A stretch of 64,000 nt of DNA from Candidatus Eiseniibacteriota bacterium (lineage in GTDB: Bacteria; Eisenbacteria; RBG-16-71-46), in NCBI GenBank assembly GCA_963717505.1, contig OY970342.1:1504001-1568000 (forward strand), read 5' to 3'. This document shows positions 47,241-57,150 of this stretch, piece by piece (position 1 is the stretch's first letter; the number at the start of each line of letters is the position of its first letter). The notes beneath the pieces are model-generated. The model saw nothing but the letters and a program-made list of their open reading frames with translations. It had not been told where the DNA came from and made no database searches. A program made the translations under genes and the position numbers.

Positions 47241-48710
47241 CTATTCGATGAGACAGGCTCTCGTCGTTACCGAACGGTTTCCGTGAGTAAGTCGGATCAG
47301 GTAGATCCCCGGCCGCAGGCGAAACCCTGAACCGATCGATACGGTTTGGCGCCCCGCCCCGAACGGTCCCAAGACTTGGGTCTCAATCAGCCGACCCTGC
47401 ACGTCCAGCAGATCCAAACGCGCTAACCCAGGTTCCGGCAGCTGTACTGCCACGGAGAAGCGGCCGATGGCGGGATTTGGCTTCACCGAGGCACGAAGGG
47501 CCACGGCTCCGTCGATATTTGAAGGTTCATCCCGCACACCGGTGACAGATCCCAGGGTATTCAGAAATACGGCAATCGTGTTGCTAAAGGTCTGGCAGAC
47601 GACAAGGTCCGGCGACCCGTTCCCATCGAGGTCCCCAGCCCGCGCCAAGGCATAGTCGTTCGGAAATGGCAACTGAACTTCCAAGGGAGCCGCAAATGTG
47701 CAGTCACCATTGCCCAGGAGGATGAGTACCTTGCCGTCGCTCGAGACCGCCAGGTCGGGATGCTCATCGAGGTCGAAATCCGCGACCACGAGCCTGTAGG
47801 CGTAGCCGGGCAGCCAAGCTTCAGCGGGTGGGTCGAACGTGCCGTCGCCCCGGCCGCGCAATACGAAGATCGAGTTGTGATAGTAGCCAGCCGCAACGAT
47901 GTCTAGGAACCCATCGCCGTCGAAGTCTGCTGTCACCACACCAGTCTGCGCGTCCGGCGCTGTTGCAGTAGTGGGGCTTAGCGAGACGCCGTCACCAAGC
48001 ACAACGAGCAGGTCGGAAGTCCAGGTGTTCGAAGCCGCGACATCGAGAAATCCATCTCGGTTGAAGTCGCCGGGTGCCACCGTCTGAATGCTCCCGCCCC
48101 TTGAGTAGCTTGTCCAGTAGGCAAAGCCGCCGTCACCGTCGTTCGTGTAGATCCAGACGACGCCGTAGTCGCTCCCAGCAAGGACTAGGTCTGGCACTTG
48201 GTCGTTGTCGAAATCACCGCTGGCAACCCCAACGACTCGTCCCTCGATCCGATACTTCGTGTGAGAGAACCCTCCTCCCGATTGGGATAGTAGGATGGCG
48301 AGCGTGTCATGGATACAAGCGATGGCAATGTCGTCGAACGTGTCACCGTTGAGGTCTTCAGCGATGGCGCCGGCCGGGCTTTCCCCGGCCCGTACCGACC
48401 ACGCTCTCACCAATTCGCCTTCGCCAACATTGTGGAAAACGGTCGCAGAATCGACGTGCATTTGCGTGACAAGAATGTCCAAGAGGCCATCTCGGTTCGC
48501 ATCGAAGAGAGGCGAGTCCCACGGCCGCGCCGCCGTGTAGAACGAAGGCGCAAGGAACATGTCGGCCAAAACGATAGAGGGGGCGAGAACGCCGATGAAA
48601 GCAAGTGCTGCCCGAAACAGAACGCCGCCGCCCCCCAAATGACGTCGATTGCCCACGCCGGGACACCAACCTTTTGAAACCCTTGCGTGCACGTCAGATT
48701 TGTTCGGCAC
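47241..48710 (-). CDS. FG-GAP/VCBS repeat protein with T9SS-type C-terminal domain
   Basis: About seven D-F/L-N/D-x-D-G-x-x-D repeats and tail PNPA...DVQGRLI...LRPGIYLIRL. True start may be GTG48656. Confidence 0.85.
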   Translation of the reverse strand: MPNKSDVHARVSKGWCPGVGNRRHLGGGGVLFRAALAFIGVLAPSIVLADMFLAPSFYTAARPWDSPLFDANRDGLLDILVTQMHVDSATVFHNVGEGELVRAWSVRAGESPAGAIAEDLNGDTFDDIAIACIHDTLAILLSQSGGGFSHTKYRIEGRVVGVASGDFDNDQVPDLVLAGSDYGVVWIYTNDGDGGFAYWTSYSRGGSIQTVAPGDFNRDGFLDVAASNTWTSDLLVVLGDGVSLSPTTATAPDAQTGVVTADFDGDGFLDIVAAGYYHNSIFVLRGRGDGTFDPPAEAWLPGYAYRLVVADFDLDEHPDLAVSSDGKVLILLGNGDCTFAAPLEVQLPFPNDYALARAGDLDGNGSPDLVVCQTFSNTIAVFLNTLGSVTGVRDEPSNIDGAVALRASVKPNPAIGRFSVAVQLPEPGLARLDLLDVQGRLIETQVLGPFGAGRQTVSIGSGFRLRPGIYLIRLTHGNRSVTTRACLIE

Positions 48711-51333
48711 TGATCGTTACCTGCCAGGGAATGAGTGAGGGATTGAGGACACGATATGTGACGGTGCCGATACTGTGGACAACGAGCTGCCCCTGGGCGA
48801 AATCGGATCCGGGCGAAGGGGCAATTGCGATCGTCGACGAGCGCGCTCCCACGGAGTCGCTCCATTCGATCTTCAGCTCGACGGTCCCGGCCCCAGCTCG
48901 TGTGAGATAGGCGCTGACCCGAGCGAGTCCAGTGCCTCCGTAGACCGTGCCCGTGACATTGTCCCCCGATCCAGATGGCGTGACTCCCACAGGCAACCAG
49001 TCAACGCCGCTCCACTCCTGCAACCGCTTGGCATTCGTGTTGTAGATCATGTCCCCGGGCTTCTTGTCCCGGGCGAGGCTCACAGAGCTGTCACGCAGCG
49101 TCTCTGTGATGCCTGGAGGTGCCATTCGAGGCCCAAGGCCGGCGGTCACGACCCCGGTGGCGGGCGCGACGACGATAGCCGGTGTCGTGCTCCCGTCGCT
49201 TGTGATTATGCCGCCCGACAAGAACACCTCAGATTCCCCGACGACGTTGATGTCCTTCTTGTTGTTGTCGAGTTCGCTCACTCGATTCGCGAACAGCTCC
49301 GGTGTTTGGACCATGTGGCACGTCGGATTAACGATCGACACGCCCTTGGAATCCTTGTCCACCTTGATGAACCGTGGCAAATTACCGGTGTTCCGAACGA
49401 AGCGACAGTTGTTGATTGCGACCTCGTGGCAAGCGCCCCCCACGTTGGCGACCCCAACGAGGACAAACGGATTGGTCAGATCCGTCGAGAAGTGCTGCTC
49501 GAACCAGCACGAATCGAGAAGGACGTTGTTGCTGAAGTCGAGCGTGACGTAGGAAACAATGTCGTCCAGCTTGTCTTCGAACGTGCAACTTTGGAGGGAT
49601 AGAGACGACACACCGAAAGCATTTAGGCCGTACCCGTTGAACTGAGTGAAGGAGCAATTCTTAAAGAGGTTGCCGTTGTTGCCATGGTGTACCTCGACGA
49701 GCCCGCTTGTCCGATTGTGCTGAAAGTCGGTGCCCTCGAAGTTTCCCCATATCAGTAGCCGTTCCGCGTCGATTGGCGAGTCTTGCGTACCCCGGATAAG
49801 CAAGGCCCAACTGGCTGTGTCCACGATGCGGCAGCCGATGATCGAAACTCGTCGGAGAATGTCGGTCGGACTGCCCGGCTTGCCGATTACGACCCCTCGC
49901 CCAGCAGATCCCGGAGGGTCAGGTGGCACGAGGTACGGCCCCTTGATCGTAAGGTTCTCGATGGTCGTGTTGCTGGCCTCGATCAGGAGGATGTCTTGCT
50001 CGGGATCCTCACAAAAGATGATCGTGCGGTCACGACCGTCGCCGATTAGGTGGACCGGTTTGTTCTCGGGAATGGTGATCGTCGAAACGTTGTACGTGCC
50101 AGCCGGAGCGTAGAGCGTTCCGCCAAGACCAAATGGCAGGGCGTCGATCGCCTGCTGGATTCCGCCGAAGTCACGGACATTGAGCGTCGAAGTCGATGGT
50201 GTCGTGGCTCCGACCGCGTCAATGTGCAGCCGGACCCCGGGCCTGAGAGCCACTGCGACAATCCCCCACGGGCGCGAGGTTCCGAGCGTCCAGCTCATGG
50301 TGACAGCCGACCCGGTCCCCGGCTCCGTCGATCCCGCCCCACGGGTGGGGAACCCGCCCGAGATAGCATTCCACCGCTGAGTCTGTCCCGATCCCACCGT
50401 AGCGGTGGTCGTATTGCCGGCGCCCACGGTGTCGAATACAGCACCGTCAGCGAAGGTCGACGTTACGTTTACGTTGGGGGTGGTGGAACTCCCCGAGGCT
50501 GCCGCTGCTGTACCCATCGGCGCGAACGGATCGACGCCAGAGAACGTCACGGCGCCCCCCACGGCGGAAACTTGAGCCGGCGGGCTTGTCGAGCTGAACG
50601 TGACGACCACCGTCTGCGGTCCGGTGGGCGGATTGGCGAGACGATAGACTGCCGTCAAGCTCGCCACGCCAACGAGCGTCATCGTCTGCCCGCCGTACGT
50701 GACGGCCGCGATGCTTTCCTCGCCCGTCTGGCCCTGCCACGAAATGCCGACCAGGACAAACCTCTTTCCCAACGTGCTCGTGTCCGTGTGGGTCCATGAA
50801 AGGACATCGCCGGTTGCCAGCGTGGTGCTCGATGACGCCAGAACCAGCACCTGCTCCGACACTGTGTAGTCGAAGCGCCTGCGGTCGATGTAACCAACGA
50901 CGCGGCCATTCTCGTCCGCGATTAGGAAGTTTCCGATGGCCGTCGTGGCGCCCAGGGGGTCGGAAAAAAGCTCCGGACGATCGGAGGTCAGAATCAGTCG
51001 GTCGCCAACGCTCAGGGCGACTGACGCGCCGGTATTGTTGACCACAGTGATCTGAGTGGCTTCCGGGAAGGCCGGTGACTGCGAGACGGAGCTGATGGTC
51101 AGGGCGGGGCCGCCTGGTGTCACCTGCAGGGTGCTCCCGTCCTTCAAATCGCCGGGATCGTAGACGTCAACGGTCGTGGGCGTGGTAACTGGAATCGTGA
51201 CGGCCATGCTCACCGTGGCCCCTTGGCCGTAGAAATCCACGCGAGCACCGGCAGCGGGGACCTGGGCCCGGTCCCCGGTTGACTTGTCCTTCGTGATGAG
51301 AAGATCGAGGCGAAACAATACGGGCTTCGACAT
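48694..51333 (-). CDS. Large parallel beta-helix protein (pectate lyase 3-like / tailspike-like)
   Basis: NVRDFG-GIQQAIDA..GGTLYAPAGTY..LIGDG cap, beta-helix coils and GDMIYNT..LQEWSG tail. No signal peptide. Confidence 0.75.
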   Translation of the reverse strand: MSKPVLFRLDLLITKDKSTGDRAQVPAAGARVDFYGQGATVSMAVTIPVTTPTTVDVYDPGDLKDGSTLQVTPGGPALTISSVSQSPAFPEATQITVVNNTGASVALSVGDRLILTSDRPELFSDPLGATTAIGNFLIADENGRVVGYIDRRRFDYTVSEQVLVLASSSTTLATGDVLSWTHTDTSTLGKRFVLVGISWQGQTGEESIAAVTYGGQTMTLVGVASLTAVYRLANPPTGPQTVVVTFSSTSPPAQVSAVGGAVTFSGVDPFAPMGTAAAASGSSTTPNVNVTSTFADGAVFDTVGAGNTTTATVGSGQTQRWNAISGGFPTRGAGSTEPGTGSAVTMSWTLGTSRPWGIVAVALRPGVRLHIDAVGATTPSTSTLNVRDFGGIQQAIDALPFGLGGTLYAPAGTYNVSTITIPENKPVHLIGDGRDRTIIFCEDPEQDILLIEASNTTIENLTIKGPYLVPPDPPGSAGRGVVIGKPGSPTDILRRVSIIGCRIVDTASWALLIRGTQDSPIDAERLLIWGNFEGTDFQHNRTSGLVEVHHGNNGNLFKNCSFTQFNGYGLNAFGVSSLSLQSCTFEDKLDDIVSYVTLDFSNNVLLDSCWFEQHFSTDLTNPFVLVGVANVGGACHEVAINNCRFVRNTGNLPRFIKVDKDSKGVSIVNPTCHMVQTPELFANRVSELDNNKKDINVVGESEVFLSGGIITSDGSTTPAIVVAPATGVVTAGLGPRMAPPGITETLRDSSVSLARDKKPGDMIYNTNAKRLQEWSGVDWLPVGVTPSGSGDNVTGTVYGGTGLARVSAYLTRAGAGTVELKIEWSDSVGARSSTIAIAPSPGSDFAQGQLVVHSIGTVTYRVLNPSLIPWQVTISAEQI

Positions 51334-51460
51334 GATGCACTTCCTTCTGCTGTACAGCGTCGAGCCCTAGCGAATGGAAGTCTACGCCCACACGACCTCG
51401 TTCTCAACGGCTGAAAATCCAGTCCGCCCAACTGGGCCGGCAGCTAGCCGTTGAGGGTCC

Positions 51461-51489
51461 TTGACCCTTCTGGCGCTCACTTCTACGTT
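51461..51489 (+). promoter_or_regulatory. Sigma70-type promoter of the FNR-kor operon
   Basis: TTGACC-17 nt-TACGTT. Confidence 0.65.
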
Positions 51490-51551
51490 GCCCGACTCGG
51501 GGTGCCGAGCGAGATTGGCAGCCGGGGCGAGCACGCCCCAATGGAGGCGCG

Positions 51552-52532
51552 GTGCACGAGGTGCTGATCATCGGTGGCGGGCCGTCCGGGCTCACTGCCG
51601 GCATGTACTGCCGTATGCGCAAGATGTCGGCGCTGATCGTCGACGCCGGCCGGGTCGGAGGGCAGCTCGTCTCGCTCTACGGCGACAAGCCGGTGCACGA
51701 TTGGCCCGGCTACCCGCACATCATTGCCAACGAGCTGGCCAAGACGCTCGAGGATCACGCGAACAACCTGGGCGTCGAGATGGTCGGCAACCGGAAGGTC
51801 ACCGGACTCGAACGCACCGCCGGCGGCTTCGACCTGACCGCGCGCGATGTCGTGACCGGGGTCGAGCACAAGCACCCGGGATCCTCGGTGGTGGTCGCAA
51901 TCGGCGGCGGCGCATTCGAACCGAGGAAACTCAAGGTCCCGGGCGAGGACCAGCTCGGCGAGGAAATGCTGACCTACCGCATGCCCGACCGCGCGCGGGC
52001 CGCCGGCAAGCGCGTGGTGGTGGTCGGCGGTGGCGACTCGGGGCTCGAAGCCGCCCAGTCGGCGCACGAAGCCGGCGGGCAGGTGACCATGGTCCAGGTG
52101 CTCGACCGCTTCACCGGCATGGAGACCAACATCGACCGCGTGAACCAGATGGAGATTCCGCGGCACTTCAACACCCGGGTCAAGTCGCTCGAGGTGGAAA
52201 ATGGGCGTATTCTGGGGGTCGTTGCCCAGACCAAAGGGGCCCCCGAGCCGCTGCGCCTGGACTGCGATTACCTCGTGGTCAACATCGGTGCGGCGGTCAA
52301 CCTCGACGCCGTGAAGCAATGGGGGATCGAGGTCGAAGGCAACCAGATCAAGGTGGACGGCCACATGCGGACCTCGGTCGAGGGCGTTTTTGCCTGCGGC
52401 GACATCGTGACCTACGACGGCAAGTACAAACTGCTGCTGACCGCCTCGAGCGAGGGTTGTGTCGCGGCCAATTCGGCGTATCTCTACGTGCGCAAGCCGC
52501 AGCGCCTGACCATGGGTGAACTCTACACGTGA
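51552..52532 (+). CDS. TrxR-type ferredoxin-NADP+ reductase-like flavoprotein
   Basis: IIGGGPSG, GGQLVSLYGDKPV, VGGGDSG and TSVEGVFACGD motifs. No CxxC active site. Confidence 0.8.
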   Translation: MHEVLIIGGGPSGLTAGMYCRMRKMSALIVDAGRVGGQLVSLYGDKPVHDWPGYPHIIANELAKTLEDHANNLGVEMVGNRKVTGLERTAGGFDLTARDVVTGVEHKHPGSSVVVAIGGGAFEPRKLKVPGEDQLGEEMLTYRMPDRARAAGKRVVVVGGGDSGLEAAQSAHEAGGQVTMVQVLDRFTGMETNIDRVNQMEIPRHFNTRVKSLEVENGRILGVVAQTKGAPEPLRLDCDYLVVNIGAAVNLDAVKQWGIEVEGNQIKVDGHMRTSVEGVFACGDIVTYDGKYKLLLTASSEGCVAANSAYLYVRKPQRLTMGELYT

Positions 52533-54367
52533 GCACGATCAACGATTTCAGCATCCACGTCGCCACGGTGAACGGCTCGGGCAGCCAGACCGCGAACACC
52601 GTGCTGCTGCGCGCCATCTTCCAGATGGGGATTCCGGTCAGCGGCAAGAACCTGTTCCCGTCGAACATCGCCGGGCTGCCGACTTGGTTCACGATCCGGG
52701 TCAGCAAGGACGGCTGGCTGGCGCGACGTCGGACCAACGAGATCCTGGTGGTCATGAATCCCGAGACCGCGGCGGCCGACGTCGCGTCGGTGGCGCCGGG
52801 CGGGGTGATCGTGCTCAACGAGCAGATCCAGGTGCCGCCGATCCCCGACGATCGCTTCGTCTATCGCGTGCCGATGCAGCAGCTGATCGCGCCGGTCACC
52901 GCCGACGTCAAGCTGCGCCGGTTGGTGGTCAACATGATCTACGTCGGCGTGCTCGCCGAGCTGCTCGGCATCAGCGAGGCCGAGGTCGAGCGGGCGCTCG
53001 ACGCCCAGCTCGGGCGCAAGCCGAAAGCGCTCGCGCTCAACCACCAGGCGGTACGTGCCGGCTGGGAGTGGGCGCGCGCGAATCTGAAGAAGGCGGATCC
53101 CTACAAGCTGGCGCCGATGAAGGCGACCACGGGGAAGATCCTGATTGACGGCAACACCGCGGGTGCCATGGGTGCGATGTTCGGTGGCGTGACCGTGGTC
53201 ACCTGGTATCCGATCACGCCCTCGTCGAGCCTGGTCGAAGCGCTAATCGGATTCCTCGACAAGCATCGGCGGGACGACAAAGGCAAGGCGACGTTCGCCG
53301 TGGTCCAGGCCGAGGACGAACTGGCCGCGATCGGCATGGTGCTCGGCGCCGGCTGGGCGGGTGCTCGCGCCATGACGTCGAGTTCGGGCCCCGGGATTTC
53401 GCTGATGGCGGAGTTCGCCGGCTACGGCTACTACGCCGAGGTTCCGGCGGTGATCTGGGACATCCAGCGCATCGGTCCGAGCACCGGACTGCCGACCCGC
53501 ACGTCACAAGCCGACATCCTGTTCGTCCACGGTCTGTCGCACGGCGACACCAAGCACCCGATCCTGCTGCCCAGCTCGGTGCGCGATTGCTACGACTTCG
53601 GCATGAAGGCGTTCGATCTCGCCGAGAGGTTGCAGACGCCGGTGTTCGTGCTCTCGGATTTGGACCTCGGCATGAACAACTGGATGAGCGACCCGTTCCC
53701 CTACCCGGAGAAGCCGTGGGATCGCGGCAAGGTGCTCGACGACAAGGCGCTCGAGAAGCTGCCCAAGTTCGAACGTTATCGCGACCGCGACGGCGACGGG
53801 ATCCCGTATCGCACGCTGCCGGGGGTGCGCGACCCCAAGGGCGCTTACTTCACGCGCGGCTCGGGCCACGACGAGGCTGCGCGCTACACCGAGGATCCGG
53901 TCGTCTACCAGCGCGTCATGGACCGGTTGGCGAAGAAGTTCGAGACCGCGCGCACGCTGGTGCCGCCGCCCGAAATCGTCGAGGAACCGGGCGCCGAGAT
54001 CGGCATCGTCGCCTACGGCTCGAGCCACTGGGCGGTGACCGAGGCCCGCACGATGCTGCGGGCTGCCGGTGTACCCAGCGGCTACCTGCTGCTCAAGGCG
54101 TTGCCGTTCGCGCCCCAGGTCGCGTCGTTCCTGCAGAAGTACGCGCGCATCTACGTCGTCGACCAGAACCGCGACGCACAGATGGCCCAGCTCGTGCGAC
54201 TCGAGTCAGGATTGTCGCCCGATCGCATCCGCTCGGTCCGGCACTACGACGGCATGCCGATCGACGCCCAGTCGGTCGCCGACGCGATTCTGCGGCAGGA
54301 GGGCCGGCCGACCGCGCCGATGCCCGCCGAGCCGCCGGTCGGGGTCACGACCGATCGTTCGACATGA
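52529..54367 (+). CDS. korA: 2-oxoacid:ferredoxin oxidoreductase alpha (gamma-alpha fusion)
   Basis: NGSGSQT, YPITPSS, QAEDELAA, SSGPGISL and GPSTGLPT motifs. Confidence 0.93.
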   Translation: MSTINDFSIHVATVNGSGSQTANTVLLRAIFQMGIPVSGKNLFPSNIAGLPTWFTIRVSKDGWLARRRTNEILVVMNPETAAADVASVAPGGVIVLNEQIQVPPIPDDRFVYRVPMQQLIAPVTADVKLRRLVVNMIYVGVLAELLGISEAEVERALDAQLGRKPKALALNHQAVRAGWEWARANLKKADPYKLAPMKATTGKILIDGNTAGAMGAMFGGVTVVTWYPITPSSSLVEALIGFLDKHRRDDKGKATFAVVQAEDELAAIGMVLGAGWAGARAMTSSSGPGISLMAEFAGYGYYAEVPAVIWDIQRIGPSTGLPTRTSQADILFVHGLSHGDTKHPILLPSSVRDCYDFGMKAFDLAERLQTPVFVLSDLDLGMNNWMSDPFPYPEKPWDRGKVLDDKALEKLPKFERYRDRDGDGIPYRTLPGVRDPKGAYFTRGSGHDEAARYTEDPVVYQRVMDRLAKKFETARTLVPPPEIVEEPGAEIGIVAYGSSHWAVTEARTMLRAAGVPSGYLLLKALPFAPQVASFLQKYARIYVVDQNRDAQMAQLVRLESGLSPDRIRSVRHYDGMPIDAQSVADAILRQEGRPTAPMPAEPPVGVTTDRST

Positions 54368-54416
54368 GGTGGATCGTTGTTCCGAACACTCCGTGCCAAC
54401 CCGGGAGTCCCCAGCC

Positions 54417-55208
54417 ATGAGCATTCCGATTCACACCGTGGACGCGTTCACCGACCGCGCATTCGGCGGCAATCCTGCCGGAGTCTGTCTCCTGGAAACG
54501 CCGCGCGAGACCGAATGGATGCAGTCGGTCGCTCGCGAGATGAACCACAGCGAGACCGCGTTCCTGTCGCCGCATGAAGGCGACGGCTTCGACCTGCGGT
54601 GGTTCACCCCGGTGCGCGAGGTCAACCTGTGTGGCCACGCGACGCTGGCCAGCGCCCACGTGCTGTGGGAGAACGGTGTGATCGGTCCGCGGGCAACGGC
54701 GCGCTTCCACACGAAGAGCGGAGTGCTCGCCGCGGTTCGCCGCGACGGCGCGATCGAGATGGACTTTCCGGCGCGCACGCCGGTGGCAGCGCCGGCGCCC
54801 GCCGGGTTGGCCGAGGCGTTGGGCGCCAAGGCCAAGTGGAGCGGCCGCAACGTCGACGACTGGCTGGTCGAGGTCGAGTCGGAGGCCATCGTGCGCTCGC
54901 TCGAGCCCAACTTCTCGCGCCTGGCAGAGGTCGACGCCCGAGGCGTCGTGGTCACCAGTCGGGCCGCGAACCATGGCGCCGATTTCGTGTCGCGCTTCTT
55001 CGCGCCTCGCTTCGGCGTCAACGAGGATCCGGTGACCGGCTCGGCGCATTGCGCGCTGGCGCCCTACTGGGCGGGAAAGCTCGGACGCGAGCAGCTCATG
55101 GGCGAGCAACTTTCTGAACGCGGTGGCCAGGTGCGCGTTCGGGTCGAGGGCGAGCGCGTGATGCTCGGCGGCAGCGCGGTGACCGTGCTGCGCGGAGTGT
55201 TGGTGTGA
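54417..55208 (+). CDS. PhzF family isomerase
   Basis: VDAFT..FGGNPA, SETAF, EVNLCGHATLA and EDPVTGSAHC motifs. Confidence 0.92.
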   Translation: MSIPIHTVDAFTDRAFGGNPAGVCLLETPRETEWMQSVAREMNHSETAFLSPHEGDGFDLRWFTPVREVNLCGHATLASAHVLWENGVIGPRATARFHTKSGVLAAVRRDGAIEMDFPARTPVAAPAPAGLAEALGAKAKWSGRNVDDWLVEVESEAIVRSLEPNFSRLAEVDARGVVVTSRAANHGADFVSRFFAPRFGVNEDPVTGSAHCALAPYWAGKLGREQLMGEQLSERGGQVRVRVEGERVMLGGSAVTVLRGVLV

Positions 55209-55254
55209 CGGTGCGTGCCGGTGACGTTCGGCCTGGTGTTCTAGGGGAGGCGTC

Positions 55255-56043
55255 ATGCGCGGCATGATCCTGATTCCGGTGCTGCTCGCGATCGCAACCC
55301 CCGCGGCCGCTGGGCTCAACGCCTATTACGAAGGCTTCGAGCGCTTCCAGGGCAAAGCAGTTCCCGCCACCGCCCACTACGCGGTCGAGTCCGGACGCGC
55401 AGTGGCCGCCCTCAAGGGTGGGAGTTTCTCCTTTCGAATCCTCTACTTCGACCAGGAGCAGTTGCTGCGCATGGTGCTCGACAGCGAGAAGCAGTACGTC
55501 GACTTCCCGGTGAGCGAGGGCGGGATCACGGCCTCGATGGAGGAGCAGATGAAGGCGCAGATCGCCGATCTGCCGCCCGAGCAGCGCAAGATGGTCGAGG
55601 ACATGATGAAGCAGCAGATGGAGGCACCGGGGAAGACCCCGACGTTCGAATACGTTCGGACCGGCAAGACGGCCACGGTGCTCGACTACGAGTGCTCGCA
55701 GGTGGAAATCCTGGCCAACAAGAAGAAGACCTCGGAGTACTGGGGGACGTCGTCACCCGACTTCGCAATCAGCGAGACGGAGCGCCATACGGTTCAGAGC
55801 ATGGATCGCGCGCTGCACGGGGCCGACGTCGGCGGCCGGGACGGCGGCGCGTCGCAGGTCCTGCGCTGGGACGCCGAGAAGGATGGGCATCCGCTGATCA
55901 TGCGTTGTTTCAGCGACACCTCGATTACGTTGCACCTGCAGCTCGCGAGGTTCGATCACAAGCCGATCCCCAAGGACCTGTTCAAGATTCCGGCCGGATA
56001 CAGGAAGACCGAGATGCCGACCATGCCGAGCGGCGACCAGTAG
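55255..56043 (+). CDS. Secreted DUF4412-like protein
   Basis: Signal peptide, LPPEQRKMVE, TGKTATVLDYEC and LFKIPAGY motifs. Confidence 0.75.
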   Translation: MRGMILIPVLLAIATPAAAGLNAYYEGFERFQGKAVPATAHYAVESGRAVAALKGGSFSFRILYFDQEQLLRMVLDSEKQYVDFPVSEGGITASMEEQMKAQIADLPPEQRKMVEDMMKQQMEAPGKTPTFEYVRTGKTATVLDYECSQVEILANKKKTSEYWGTSSPDFAISETERHTVQSMDRALHGADVGGRDGGASQVLRWDAEKDGHPLIMRCFSDTSITLHLQLARFDHKPIPKDLFKIPAGYRKTEMPTMPSGDQ

Positions 56044-56053
56044 GAGCGCATCC

Positions 56054-57121
56054 ATGAGCACGACCACGCAACCCGAACGCAACCGCGCCGGCCTGACCCG
56101 CGCCGACTACGACGGCAGCAAGACCACGCTGTGTCCCGGCTGCGGCCACAACGCGATCACCGCGGGCATCATCCAGGCCGCCTACGAGTCGAACCTCGAG
56201 CCGCATCGCGTGGCCAAGCTCTCGGGCATCGGCTGTTCGAGCAAGACGCCGGCCTATTTCCTGGGGCAATCGCACGGTTTCAACGCGGTGCACGGCCGCA
56301 TGCCGAGCATCGCCACCGGCGTCCGCGTGGCCAATCGCGACCTCTTGTTGATCGGCGTGTCGGGCGACGGCGACACGGCCAGCATCGGGCTCGGCCAGTT
56401 CTGTCACCTGGTGCGGCGCAACGTGCCGGTGGTCTACATCATCGAGAACAACGGCGTCTACGGACTGACCAAGGGCCAGTTCTCGGCGACCGCCGACGTC
56501 GGCAGCACCCAGAAGGGCGGGGCCAGGAACGAACTGATGCCGATCGATTGCTGCGCGATCGCGATCCAGCTCGGTTGCGGTTTCGTGGCGCGATCGTTCT
56601 CGGGCGACCAGAAGCAGCTGCGTTCCCTGCTCAAGGCCGCGTTCGCCCACCGCGGGACCGCGGTGCTCGACGTCATCAGCCCGTGCGTGACGTTCGCCGA
56701 CCACGAGGGCTCGACCAAGTCCTATGCCTACGTCAAGGAGCACGATTCCCCGCTCCACGGCATCGACTTCGTCCCCTACTACGAGGACATCACGGTCGAC
56801 TACGAGCCGGGCACGACGCGCGAGGTGGCGATGCCCGACGGCTCGCACATTGTTCTGAAGAAGCTTGCCGACGATTATGATCCCACGCGCCGCGACACCG
56901 CACTCGCCACGCTGCAGGACGCCGAGCGCGACCAGAAGTTGTTGACTGGACTGCTGTACGTCGACCCGCAGAAGGTCCCGTTCGAGGACGAGCTGGAGCT
57001 GGACGCCCGGCCGCTCGCGGGTCTACCGCTCGAGGCGGTGCGCCCGACGCGCGACGTGCTCGACAGGATCATGGAGAGCTACCGGGTCGGAAGCGTGGCG
57101 GCAGCCGCCGGCGGAGGCTAG
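56054..57121 (+). CDS. korB: 2-oxoacid:ferredoxin oxidoreductase beta
   Basis: CPGCGH, SGIGCS, TPP-binding GDGD...NN, YGLTKGQ and SPCVTF motifs. Confidence 0.94.
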   Translation: MSTTTQPERNRAGLTRADYDGSKTTLCPGCGHNAITAGIIQAAYESNLEPHRVAKLSGIGCSSKTPAYFLGQSHGFNAVHGRMPSIATGVRVANRDLLLIGVSGDGDTASIGLGQFCHLVRRNVPVVYIIENNGVYGLTKGQFSATADVGSTQKGGARNELMPIDCCAIAIQLGCGFVARSFSGDQKQLRSLLKAAFAHRGTAVLDVISPCVTFADHEGSTKSYAYVKEHDSPLHGIDFVPYYEDITVDYEPGTTREVAMPDGSHIVLKKLADDYDPTRRDTALATLQDAERDQKLLTGLLYVDPQKVPFEDELELDARPLAGLPLEAVRPTRDVLDRIMESYRVGSVAAAAGGG

Positions 57122-57150
57122 CCGGGGGCGTCGAGCCTGGCGACCCGTCG

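Noticed and set aside
47241-51400. Prophage
   Set aside because: Only one tailspike-like gene is present, with no capsid, terminase, portal, integrase or clear att repeats.
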